Below the pieces are notes generated by a model, which was not told the DNA's origin, searched no databases, and saw only the letters and a list, made by a program, of their open reading frames with translations. A stretch of DNA of 64,000 nucleotides, from NCBI GenBank assembly GCA_031835245.2, contig JAVKOQ020000011.1:186001-250000 (forward strand). Direction: 5' to 3'. This DNA is from Balamuthia mandrillaris (taxonomy: Eukaryota). The position numbers were made by a program, and so were the translations under genes. Positions 12,567 to 22,891 of the stretch are shown here, piece by piece. Numbering within the stretch: position 1 is the first letter of the stretch; the number at the start of each line of letters is the position of its first letter.

Positions 12567-12864
12567 AGATCTCTTCTCTGATGATGATGATGAAGAAGAA
12601 GAAACTGAAGAAGCGAAAGAGAAGTCCACAACTTCAACACAAACGAAAAAAGTGATCGACGTGACGACACCTGTTCAATATTTAGTGGAGGACTCTCAAA
12701 TCTGCCTGCTTCACGACTGCAAGAAGAGCAGCTTGTTGGGCTTTTACGACCCTTGTCCCGGTTCGCACAAGCAGCTGTTTGTGCAGTACCTGTTCAAGGA
12801 TAAGGTGCATGAGGTCATGTTTGACGATGAGGACGACATTATTCTTCCTTTGGAAGGTTTGTTT

Positions 12865-12901
<37 letters not shown>

Positions 12902-12997
12902 TTTCTTCCTCTGCTCTCTGTTATCTTTTTTTTTTTGAATGAAAAGCAATGCTCATTTACTAAATAATGAAAAACAGAACATAGAGTTGGCAAGTGA
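10254..12997 (+). CDS. DNAJC11: DnaJ homolog subfamily C member 11-like (J domain + C-terminal DUF3395-like), multi-exon
   Basis: N-terminal DYYALLGI...HPD...AYETLMDDQKRAVYDKYG. C-terminal GLVILEAKYG, DVTTPVQYLVEDSQI, LLGFYDPCPGSHKQLFVQYLF. Confidence 0.88.
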
Positions 12998-13206
12998 ATG
13001 GTGACCAGGCTTCTCTTTTGTGCAACAAAAACAAAAACAAAACGGAAACTGTTCTCATTTTTTTTCTGTTTTTTTTTCCTGATAAATTAAAATAATATTT
13101 TATTTGTTTTTCGTGAAATAAAAAAAATTGAAAATAAATAAATTTTAGGAAAAAAAATAACAAATAAATAAATAAAAATAATAAAAAGAGACGACTAGGG
13201 AGGAGG

Positions 13207-13700
13207 ATGAGTGGAGCAGAACAAGAACCAGAAACAGAGCACTCTTCAGGAGACGAACACGAGGATCGAGGACATCCCCTCGCCAAGCGATTGTCCCATA
13301 GGGGAGGGGGAGGTGGTCGCGGAAGGGGCTCCTCTTGCGGACGCAGAACCTCGCCACCTCCGCGTCCTTCTCGTTCTTCTTCTTTGTCGCAACATGCTTC
13401 TCCTCCCCCACCGTCTTCATCTCGTCATTCTGCTGCTCCTGCTCCTTCTCCCCCTTCTCCATCTCCTGGTGCTGCTCCTGCTCCTGCTCCTGCTCCTTCC
13501 TCCTCTTTAGCAACCGGAGAGAACACGTTTGACAGCTTGTTACGGAAACGACTGGGCCTTCCAACGGGAGAGCAACCGAAAGCTGTGCCTTCTCCCTCCG
13601 AGGGAGAGGAACAAGGGGACGAAGAGGAAGAGCCGCAGGCCTGTTTGGAATATACCGCAGAGAATGCTCGGTCGGACGTTTGCCGTAATTGCGGGTAACT

Positions 13701-13734
<34 letters not shown>

Positions 13735-13823
13735 GTTCTTCTTCTTCTCCTTCTTCTTCTTCTTCTTCTTCTTCTTCTTCTTCCTCGCTTGCTTCTCTTC
13801 TTTCTTCTTGTTGCCTCTTTTCT

Positions 13824-13868
<45 letters not shown>

Positions 13869-13987
13869 GCTTAAATGAACACAACAGGCTGAAACTGATC
13901 GCGCATTTGATGGACGCTGAGGAAGAGGACGAAGAGGAGGACGACGAGGAGGACTACTGTACGGAATACGGCGACTACGATGACTGA
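13207..13987 (+). CDS. Hypothetical Pro/Ser-rich protein with C-x12-C-x2-C-x6-H motif and acidic tail, 2 exons
   Basis: ORF 13207 spliced at GG|gtaac...aacag|G gives CLEYTAENARSDVCRNCGLKLIAH, then a D/E-rich end at TGA 13987. Confidence 0.7.
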
Positions 13988-14099
13988 ACCAACATAACAA
14001 CCACTTTTGTTTACACTCCTCTACTTCTGAACAATTATTTATTATCAAAGGAACGAGAATAGCATCGGAAGGAGAACAAGGCGTTGAGAGGCCTCTCTC

Positions 14100-14337
14100 T
14101 CATTTAGTCTTCAAAGGAGCTGGAGACTGTTGCAAGAGTCGAATGACCTCCTCGTCGGACGTTTGGTCAAAGAACTTGTACCATTGTCCCACCGAACGGA
14201 AGTTGTGAGGAGCGATCAGAGACACCACATCGTCGCATATCTTCTGCTCCTCCATGTCTCGCTTGGTGTCGGCTGGCATGCAGGGAGTTGCCAACACCAC
14301 TTTCTGTGGATTATGGCTCTGTTTGGTTGTTTAATGA

Positions 14338-14381
<44 letters not shown>

Positions 14382-15134
14382 GGATGTTAGTAGAATAGAA
14401 AAGAAAAACGAAGAAAGCAGAAAGAAGAAAGAAAGAAGAAAGTAACGACAAGAAAGAATGAATGAAAAGAGACCTTGATAGTGCGTAATGCCGCTCTGGC
14501 AGTGGATCCGGTGGCGACGCCATCATCAATGAGTATGACGGTCTTTCCGCTCAGGTTCGGCTTGGGTTTGTCCCCGCGATAGGCCTGCAACCTCCTCTGC
14601 GCCTCCTTCTTCTCCCTCTCGATGGTGGCCTGGATGGCGCTCCTCTCGAGAGCCAGCGAGCGGATGACGTCCTCGTTGAGGACGACGTCGCCCTCCTCGG
14701 TCAGCGCGCCGATGGCGAACTCCTCGTGGCCGGGGCAGCCGATCTTTCGAGGGACGACAATGTCGTGAGGCGCGCCCAGCCTCTGGGCCACGATGTGACC
14801 GATGGGGACGCCGCCGCGAGGCAAGCTCAGCACCACCACCTATAATAGTATCCAAAATAATTTAAAAAAGTTTGGATGATTGTAAATATTCGTGAAAATA
14901 TTATAAATTCGTTAAATTATTAAATTATTGTGAAACATAACAATAATTAGCGAGTTGGCGAAAAACATGGATAGTTGTCGATAAATTGTCAAAGCGATTA
15001 AAAAAATGGGAACAGAAAACGTGGAGAGATGGAGAAGAAGGAGAGGAGGGTACGTTTTGGCCATGGTATTTGTCGTATAGAACATCGGCTAGTTTACGGC
15101 CTGCGTCTTGTCTGTTCTCAAATGCACCCCACAT
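14100..15134 (-). CDS. Bacterial-type (COG1926-like) phosphoribosyltransferase, 3 exons
   Basis: FENRQDAGRKLA, VVLSLPRGGVPIG, VPRKIGCPGHEEFAIGA, PRPP loop VILIDDGVATGSTARAA and FRSVGQWYKFFDQTSDEEV; two GT-AG introns. Confidence 0.93.
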
Positions 15135-15639
15135 GTTGCTTTCTTTCGATTCTGATATTAAAAAATAAAAACCCTTCTATCTTGTTATGTTTGCGCCACG
15201 TTATGTCTCTCTACTTTTTTTTTTTAACAAGAGAGAGAGAGAGAGAGAGAGAGGAACACGAACCTTGCTGTTTTTTTTTAAACTGTTCTCTTCAAACTAA
15301 ACGTTAGAGACTTGTGTGTCTCTCTCTCTCCGTTCGGCCGCCACTATGTTTTTTTTTTTGATTGTGAAATCGGAAGAAACAGCTGAATCAAAGCGAGCGA
15401 AAATCGACGGGCAACGATCAGAGAAATTCGGGTTTTCTCTCTCTCTCTCCCAAAAAGTCTTCTCCTTCGCACCTCCTCCGCCATCTTCTGGTTTGGTGGA
15501 GCCTGGCCAATGCCTGTCCCCCACGTGAGCTCACAGCATTCCCTCCCTCCCTCCCTTCCCTGTTTGTTTGTCTCCACAAAAAGGGATTCAGTTGGTTGTT
15601 GTTAGTCTTTGTTTAAGCAAAAAAAAAAATAAAGAAATC

Positions 15640-16751
15640 ATGTTGCAAGAAGGAAGAGGAGGAGAAGAACTGGAGTACACCCAAGCGGTTACCATCGACG
15701 TGGGGAGGAGCGGGCGCATCGCCGGGGACCTCAGGATACCTCAGGGGGCCACCAGCGTCGTCGTCTTTGCCCACGGCAGCGGAAGCAGCCGCCTTAGGTT
15801 CCCCTCCCTTCGTTTATCTTTCTTTCTTTCTTTCTTTCTTCTGTGGTTGTTTTACTTTTTGTTGTAGTCCACGCAACAGACAAGTGGCTCGCTTCTTGGA
15901 GGAAGGCGGCCTGGCCACTTTTCTCTTTGACCTGCTGACCCCCGCGGAGGAGTCGGTGGACGACCGCACGAGGGAGTACCGCTTCAACATCCCGTTCCTG
16001 GCGGAGCGGCTCTCCCTCGTCACCCAATGGTTGAAGCAGCAGGAGGCCACGAAGGAGCTCCACATCGGATACTTTGGGGCAAGCACCGGTTTGCTTCCGT
16101 TCTTCTCTCTTCTCTCAAAACACCAACAACAACTAAAACGAAAACAAAAAACAACCGCAACACAATAAAAAGGAGGAGGGGCAGCACTCGAGGCAGCGGC
16201 CAAGAAGCAAGAGCATGTATCAGCGGTCGTGTCGAGGGGAGGACGACCGGATCTGGCCTCCGATGAGGCGCTCTCCAAGGTGACTGCCGCGACCCTTTTG
16301 TTGGTTGGTGGCTACGACCATCCCGTTATCGGAATGAATCAACGAGCCTACGATAAGATGGTCAACTGTAAAGGTTAAAACGAGAAGTCAGCAAAAGAGA
16401 AAGGATGAGAGGGAGAGAGAATGAGAGAGAGAATGAGAGAGAGAGAATGAGAGAGAGAGAGAGAGAGAATGAGAGAGAGAGAATGAAAGAGAATGAGAGA
16501 GAATGAAAGAGAGTGAAAGAGAGTGAGAACGCGCAATGAAGAAACTAACGACACCACCAACACCACAAACAACAACAGAAAAGCAGTTGGTGATCATTCC
16601 GAAAGCAACGCACCTCTTCGAAGAGCCAGGCAAGCTGGAGGAGGTATGCCAAGCGGCAAGGCATTGGTTCCTGCGCTACCTGCAACCAGCCAAAAGCAAC
16701 AGACACCCGTCTTCATCCGCTTCTTCGCAGGAAGGAGCTTCCAACCAGTAG
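15640..16751 (+). CDS. Dienelactone hydrolase-like alpha/beta hydrolase, bacterial-type, 4 exons
   Basis: VVFAHGSGSSRL|SPRNRQVA, LFDLLTPAEE, RFNIPFLAERL, nucleophile elbow IGYFGASTGGGAAL, AVVSRGGRPDLA, ATHLFEEPG. Confidence 0.93.
16405..16528 (+). repeat. Purine-rich (GAGAGAGAAT)n-like microsatellite in hydrolase intron 3 (16374-16578)
   Basis: Directly visible degenerate repeat. Confidence 0.85.
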
Positions 16752-16987
16752 TAATCAAGACACCATGAGAGGAAGCAACGAACAAGAAAGGTAGAAAAGA
16801 GGTGAAAGAAAGAAAGAAGAAGACAAAAAAGCATGAAACAACAAAGGAAGAAAGAAAGTATTGAAAAAAAAAAAACATGAATGTAATGAAGTGATACGGA
16901 TATCAACAAAGCAAAAACAAAAAGTCAAAACTGAAATTAAAACAAAAACAAAACTGAAACACACAAAACAAAACTTATGGAGGAGTT

Positions 16988-19900
16988 TCAGGGGAAGAAA
17001 GGAGCAAGACTGGCAGGAGTAGCCAAACTCGGCAAATGAGACTGTGGCAACAAAGTTGGTAAAGATGGTGCTAACTGCAGCAACGATGATGTGGAAGATG
17101 ATGATGGTGAAGCATTTAAAAACGTTGGGAAGGAGGAATGTGTTTGAAGCGATGGAGATGAGTTGTTGGATTGTTGTCCGTTTCTTGATCTTTGTTGCTG
17201 CTGTTGTTGTTGTTGCGTGGAGGAAAGAGAAGTAGCGGGGGAAGACGAGGTGAAAGCCGAGGAAGAAGGTATGGCAGAAACACTAAAGAAACGAGGCAGA
17301 CCAAACATAGGCGAACCAGGAGATACAAATTGTTGTTGATTCTGTGTTAATGGTGCTGTTGGCAATTGACCGGAAGGAAAAAGGAACATAGGAAGAGAGG
17401 ACGAAGATACAGCAGAACTAGAAGAAGAGCTATCGCGATTTGGAGATGAGGTGTTTTGTTGTTGCTGTTGTTGTTTTGGTGGTTGTTGATAGAGCTGCAG
17501 TTGTTGCTGTTGAAGTTGGTGCATGTGGTACTGTTGTTGCAGAGAAGCAGTAGAGGAAAGTATTGGTGGGGAAGAGGTAGAAGGGGCGTTCGATGTCGAC
17601 AGATTTGGAGTGGAAGGAGAAGAGGAGGAAGGGGGCGATGACGATGATGTCGAAGAAGATAACGAAGAAGACGTAGAAACAGAAGAGGATGGAGAAGCTT
17701 TGGTTCGTTTCACTCTGGTGGGTTTTGAGGATTGTTGCTGCTGCTGTTGCTGCTGCTTCTGTTGCACTTGTTGCTGTTGTTGCTGCTGTTGTTGATTGAA
17801 ATACTCTGCAACTTGCAAATGGTGAAAGAGAATCTGTTGTTGCTGTTTCTGCAATGCTTCCGCAAGAGACGACCGTAACGCCTTCATCTCTTTGTCCAAC
17901 AATTCTATCTTTCTCTCCTGCTCTCCAACTTTGTGCTGTAGATCCGAAAACTCTTTCTCTCGTTGTTGTGGCAGCTGTTGTAGGCTTTCTCTTGGCTCAG
18001 CTTTTTCTTCTTTCTTTGCCACGTTCGTAACAGCATCTCCTCTCTTTTTGTGCGAGAGATGATTCCACAACTTCGATCTTTCTTCCGATCCGGAAGAGCC
18101 GTTTTGTTGCCGAGAAAGTGAAGTCGTCAACTTTTCTTGCTTTTGTTGTTGTGTATGTCTTTGCTTTGTCTTCTTAGTCTTTCTTTTCTTCTGCTGTCGT
18201 CGTTGTTGTAACATCTTCCTGTGAGAGTTGGACAGAAACATGAGTCCTTCTGCTCCAACTGATTCCTCTTCTTCCTTGTTCTCTGCATCGGTTTTCTTCT
18301 TCCTTCGATCTTCATCATGTTTTCCATCTCTTTGTCCATCATAGTCTTGTTCATCCTCTCCATCATTGCCTGAAGTACTGTAGTTGTCTTCATCGTTGTC
18401 ACTCGATTCTTGGTCATCGCTGTCAGAATCGCTGTAGCTTATGCCACTTAGCTCATCACTATCGCTACTCGCTAGGCCCTCACCATCCTCGTCTTCATGC
18501 TCATCATCGTCTTCTTCAGTATCTTCATTATCACTAAACCGAGGCTGAATGATGGTGCGATTGCTATTCCGATGCATCGGTATCTGAAACGCGTAAAAAG
18601 ATTGCATGTCATCGTCTGGTTGCTCATTCCTTTTGGAAGCGGAAGACGATGACGGAAGAAAAGCCATATCCGAATGAAGAGATGAAGTTGATTTCCTTCG
18701 AGTGATTTTCCTCTTTGTTATCGTCGGTTCTTCAGGAGAGGTCATCAACAGACTGGAAAATATAGACGAGGAGGTAGCAGAGGAAGTGGAAGACGGAAGA
18801 ACAATTGTGGGTGTTGCAGAAGCGGAAGGAGTGGAAGCAGAAGAAGCAGAGTCTTTCTTGATTTGCAGTTTCTTACGATGAGCTTCGCAAGGTTGTCCCT
18901 TACGAGGACAACAATCGATGCACATGGTCTTGGAGCATATCTTCAAAGCCGCTCTGCATCCACATAGCGCGCACGAGAGACGTTTCTTGGGAATAGGATT
19001 GCCACCGCCATTGCTCTTGTTATTAGACGAAGAAGGGACCCGTCGTTTGGTGGGCCTCTCTCCGGTGTAGGCGCTGTCATCGCTGTTATTGTTGTTGTTG
19101 TTGGACGAAGGACGGTTGGCTCTTTTTCTGCCTTTTCGACTGGTGGTGTCATCTTCGTTATTCAGTAATTTTTCTGTAACGAGATCTTGGTCTGCCCTTT
19201 TACTCTTCAGATCAAGTTCTACTTCGTCGTCAGCATCGTTTTCCGCATAGGTGCCAACTATTACTCTTCTAGTTCTCTTTCTTGTTCTCCTTCCTTTCTC
19301 TCCCCCTTCTTCCTCTTCTGCGGCAAGCCCATCAGGATTTTCTCCATCAGACGAGTCACGGAGCGCTCTGCGAGAAGTCCACAACCGAGAAGTAGAAGAT
19401 TCTTGCTCGTGGTAATTTGGGTGGTGTTGAGATGCGGAGTTGCTGTTAAAATGGTTGTGGCTCGAATTAATCTCCTCGTCCTTGACGTTATCTTTGAATT
19501 GAATAATCATTCTGTTCGATGATTGTGATGTCGTCTCCTCCCCATCTTCGTCTTCATCTTCATCTTCCTCTTCGTCCTTTATCGCTTTTTCTTGCTCCTC
19601 CGCTCCTTCTTCCACCTCCTCATCTTCGCTGTCCAGCAAAGCGCTGTTGCCAGTTTTCCTCTGTTGTTGCCGTCGTCGTTGGCGTTGCTGCAGTGCTTCT
19701 TTCAAACGTTCCACCAACTCCGGCTTCCTTCCGGATGGCGACACTTTGTACTTTCTGCACTGTACTCGAAGGTCCAACACTGTCATGTTTTCCAAAAACA
19801 TCCAATCGCTTTGGCTATCGGTGTGGTCCTCGTTCTCTCCCTCCTCTCCCTCCTCTCCCTCCTCCTCTCCTGCTTGGTCTCGTGACAGTGCGGTCTCCTC

Positions 19901-20149
19901 TCCCATGTCATCCTCTCTTTCTTTGTCCTCTTCTCTTTTTTCATCCTCCGGAGAATGATACGAGTGGTTTGTTCCATTCTCAACTGCGTGCGTGAAGCCG
20001 TTTCTCCGTTTTCTTCCCGTTACTGTCGATACTACCACCACATTGATATCCTTAAGTGGGTGCTCCTCGCCATTTTCCTTGGGCGCTTTGGTTTGTTCCG
20101 TTCCGTCGCCAAACGCCGCCTGGTCGCCTCCTCCTTGTTCGGTCTCCAT
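16988..20149 (-). CDS. SAP-domain, Cys/His zinc-finger, low-complexity nuclear protein (1053 aa, uninterrupted ORF)
   Basis: SAP: LENMTVLDLRVQCRKYKVSPSGRKPELVERLKEAL. Finger: CALCGCRAALKICSKTMCIDCCPRKGQPCEAH. Also a coiled coil and poly-Q/S tail. Confidence 0.85.
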   Translation of the reverse strand: METEQGGGDQAAFGDGTEQTKAPKENGEEHPLKDINVVVVSTVTGRKRRNGFTHAVENGTNHSYHSPEDEKREEDKEREDDMGEETALSRDQAGEEEGEEGEEGENEDHTDSQSDWMFLENMTVLDLRVQCRKYKVSPSGRKPELVERLKEALQQRQRRRQQQRKTGNSALLDSEDEEVEEGAEEQEKAIKDEEEDEDEDEDGEETTSQSSNRMIIQFKDNVKDEEINSSHNHFNSNSASQHHPNYHEQESSTSRLWTSRRALRDSSDGENPDGLAAEEEEGGEKGRRTRKRTRRVIVGTYAENDADDEVELDLKSKRADQDLVTEKLLNNEDDTTSRKGRKRANRPSSNNNNNNSDDSAYTGERPTKRRVPSSSNNKSNGGGNPIPKKRLSCALCGCRAALKICSKTMCIDCCPRKGQPCEAHRKKLQIKKDSASSASTPSASATPTIVLPSSTSSATSSSIFSSLLMTSPEEPTITKRKITRRKSTSSLHSDMAFLPSSSSASKRNEQPDDDMQSFYAFQIPMHRNSNRTIIQPRFSDNEDTEEDDDEHEDEDGEGLASSDSDELSGISYSDSDSDDQESSDNDEDNYSTSGNDGEDEQDYDGQRDGKHDEDRRKKKTDAENKEEEESVGAEGLMFLSNSHRKMLQQRRQQKKRKTKKTKQRHTQQQKQEKLTTSLSRQQNGSSGSEERSKLWNHLSHKKRGDAVTNVAKKEEKAEPRESLQQLPQQREKEFSDLQHKVGEQERKIELLDKEMKALRSSLAEALQKQQQQILFHHLQVAEYFNQQQQQQQQQVQQKQQQQQQQQSSKPTRVKRTKASPSSSVSTSSSLSSSTSSSSPPSSSSPSTPNLSTSNAPSTSSPPILSSTASLQQQYHMHQLQQQQLQLYQQPPKQQQQQQNTSSPNRDSSSSSSAVSSSSLPMFLFPSGQLPTAPLTQNQQQFVSPGSPMFGLPRFFSVSAIPSSSAFTSSSPATSLSSTQQQQQQQQRSRNGQQSNNSSPSLQTHSSFPTFLNASPSSSSTSSLLQLAPSLPTLLPQSHLPSLATPASLAPFFP

Positions 20150-21970
20150 CGACGGATATGCTTGTTGTGTTCGCCGTGTAAACTCCGGAGTTGGTTTTAT
20201 TTATCGTGTGCGTGAAGTTTAGAGCGGAATGAAGACAGTCGCAGTTGTCCTCATGCGTCCACACACACTACTAACTGTTTTCTAGACCTGTTCCCAAAGT
20301 CTGTTAGACAGAAATGCTCCAAAAAATAAAATAAAATAAAATGGAGAAACAAAGAAAGAGCTTTCATGGCATGGCATAAAAGATAAAAAAGAAAGGAAAG
20401 AAAGAAAGACCCCATTGGAAACGAACCGTTTGTTCGGGATACTCCGCCCAATGCCAACAACCCCCAAAAAACAAAATAAAAAAAAATTAATGGGACGCAC
20501 TGAGTGAGGTCTCAGGTTTTGGGTCCGGAGTGAGGGTGAGCGAGCGAGCGTCCAGTGAAGGCGGCGGTGGTGGAGTCGCCGTCGTCGGGGGAGGTGGTGG
20601 TGGTGCTTGCTGCGGATGGCTCCAACTCCTCAAACGCACACCCTTGGCGGTGGTAGTTGGGTGACGGTGACCTTAGCCTAATTGGGGATGAAATAAATAA
20701 ATGGACCGAAAAGAAAAAGCAACGACAGAGGAAGGAGAGAAAAAAAAAACGGTTTTATGTTAATAAATAAATGAAAGGCTTCATCATCTTTTCTCCTAAT
20801 GATAGCGGTGGGTGGTACCAACCTTTTTTGCTGGGGTGGGTGGAGATGTGGGGGGGGGGGGGACCGTCGCGTCGATCACTCCGGAACTGCCGCTCTACTT
20901 TTGGGCTTGTGTACGGATGGAGGGGGGGAGGTTTGTTGCTTGTCAAAGGTTTCTCCTGTTTTGTTTTACAATAAAAAAAAATATTAGGTTCCGTTTTGGT
21001 TCGTCCATGCCCAGGCGGAGAGAGAGAGAGAGAGTGAGAGTGAAGACAGCACTCACATGCACACACAAAAGCACACACACACACACTTTGGAAGAAGACT
21101 ATCAAGCGGAGGGCCTAGCCCCGCTACGTTGTTTTGTGTGGGGGTGTTCCAAACAAACAAACAAACAAACAAACAAACAAAAACAACCAAACAAACGGTA
21201 CTGCACCGGAGCGTCGCGTATGTTCGTGGTGGTCAACGTGAGGATGGAAGCCGGTTTCGCTTATTTTGGATGATGCCCTTTCAAAAAAAAACAAAGCTTA
21301 TTTTAAATGCGGAGCTCCAAAGACCATCCAAAGGGGGAAGAAGAGGGGAGAGGTGATGGAGCAACCAAACAAGGGAAAATAAATAAAAAACAAAGGTGAT
21401 GGAATGGATTATGTTTTTTTTTATTTTGGGGTGTTGGTTGGTTAAAAACCAAGTTTTCTTTTTAGGTCCTCCGCCCTCATTGGTGGGGCTGACCACACGC
21501 CCTCCCCCCCCACTCCTTCCTTTTAAGAGAACACTAGGAAACATAAAATAGCAAAACTATCGGGAGGGAAGACGAGACACCAACGAAAAAAAAAAGAGAT
21601 GAGGATGACGACATCGGGGGGGGAAGGAAGAGGAAAAAGAAAAAGAAGGGGGATGCCCATCATCGATGCCAGCATCGGGATGGACGTGGTGGGTTTCCCT
21701 GAAAGCTGGACGGTCGGATGAGCCAAAAAAAAAAGTGCTGAACAATGAACCTATAGAAGGAGGCGAAGAAGAGGTGTTCTTGTTTTCAACTTGGACCACC
21801 ACATGAACTCATCCACAGTACAGTACATAAAAACCAACATTTTTCGTTGGGAGGCATTCCCTCCTCCATGTGACGTCTGCGATTTCCTAATACCAATGCA
21901 ATTGAACAAGAAATGGTAAATGCTGATGTCATAGCGTTACCGAAGAAAAAAAAAAGGGCAAAGAGAGAAG

Positions 21971-22852
21971 ATGGACCAACGAGGAAGGAGGAGGGTCAGC
22001 GTTAGCTTTGATGGAAGCAGCCGGGAACGAAAGGAAGAAGAGGAAGGAGAAAAAGAAAAAGAGGCACGTTCGAAAGAGAGCAGCAGCAAGAAGAAGAAGA
22101 AGAAGCACGAAAAGTCAGACAAAAAGGAGGCGAGACGGAAGCGACGAGAGAAGCGGCGGCAGGAGAGAGAAGAGCTCAGGAAGTTGAAGAAAGCAGCCAA
22201 ACAACAACAACGAGAAGAAGAAGAGGCAGAGGAAGGGAGCGACAAAGCGGCCACGAGAAAGAAAAGAAGGAACAGCATCACTCGCATCACCAAAGTGCCC
22301 AAAGCGCTCAAAAGCAAAAGAAAGCGGCGCAAAGAGAAGCTCCAAGAAAGAGAGGAAGAGAGGAGACGGCGCAAAGTAGGGGAGGAGGAGTCGGCCCTCA
22401 AACAACGGAGAGAGAGGCTCAAGGAGTTCTCCAACACGTTCTCTCGCTCTCCCGGCCCCGTCCGCGCGCGAGCGAGGGCCTCCGCCAGAGAAACCTTTTC
22501 TGTAGGAGGAGAAGAGGAGGAGAGGTCACGATCCTCTGGCAGCAACACTGAAACGGAGACCGAAAGCGAAAGTGACACGGAAACAGAAACGACAGACACA
22601 GAAACAGAAACGACAGACACGGAAACACAAACGGAGACGGAGACAGAAACGGAAGATGAAGAAAAAGAAGATACAGAAGCAAAAGAAGGCTACTATGACA
22701 GAGAAACGTTGGAGGTAGCCACACAGAGATTGAAAGAGACTTCTCCATTGCTGGATCGTGACAACCAGGATGAGCAAATGGAAGAGAACAGGCAGCAGCA
22801 GGAGCAATACTCATCCCCATCCAAGACACGAACTTGTTGTGTACTTTCGTGA
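21971..22852 (+). CDS. Highly charged hypothetical protein ending in CCVLS (CaaX)
   Basis: 293-aa ORF with ATG after an A-rich leader; K/R/E-rich, TETE repeats, C-terminal TRTCCVLS*. Confidence 0.7.
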   Translation: MDQRGRRRVSVSFDGSSRERKEEEEGEKEKEARSKESSSKKKKKKHEKSDKKEARRKRREKRRQEREELRKLKKAAKQQQREEEEAEEGSDKAATRKKRRNSITRITKVPKALKSKRKRRKEKLQEREEERRRRKVGEEESALKQRRERLKEFSNTFSRSPGPVRARARASARETFSVGGEEEERSRSSGSNTETETESESDTETETTDTETETTDTETQTETETETEDEEKEDTEAKEGYYDRETLEVATQRLKETSPLLDRDNQDEQMEENRQQQEQYSSPSKTRTCCVLS

Positions 22853-22891
22853 TTTCATTTTTTGTCGGTAACGTGTATTGTATTATTTGTT

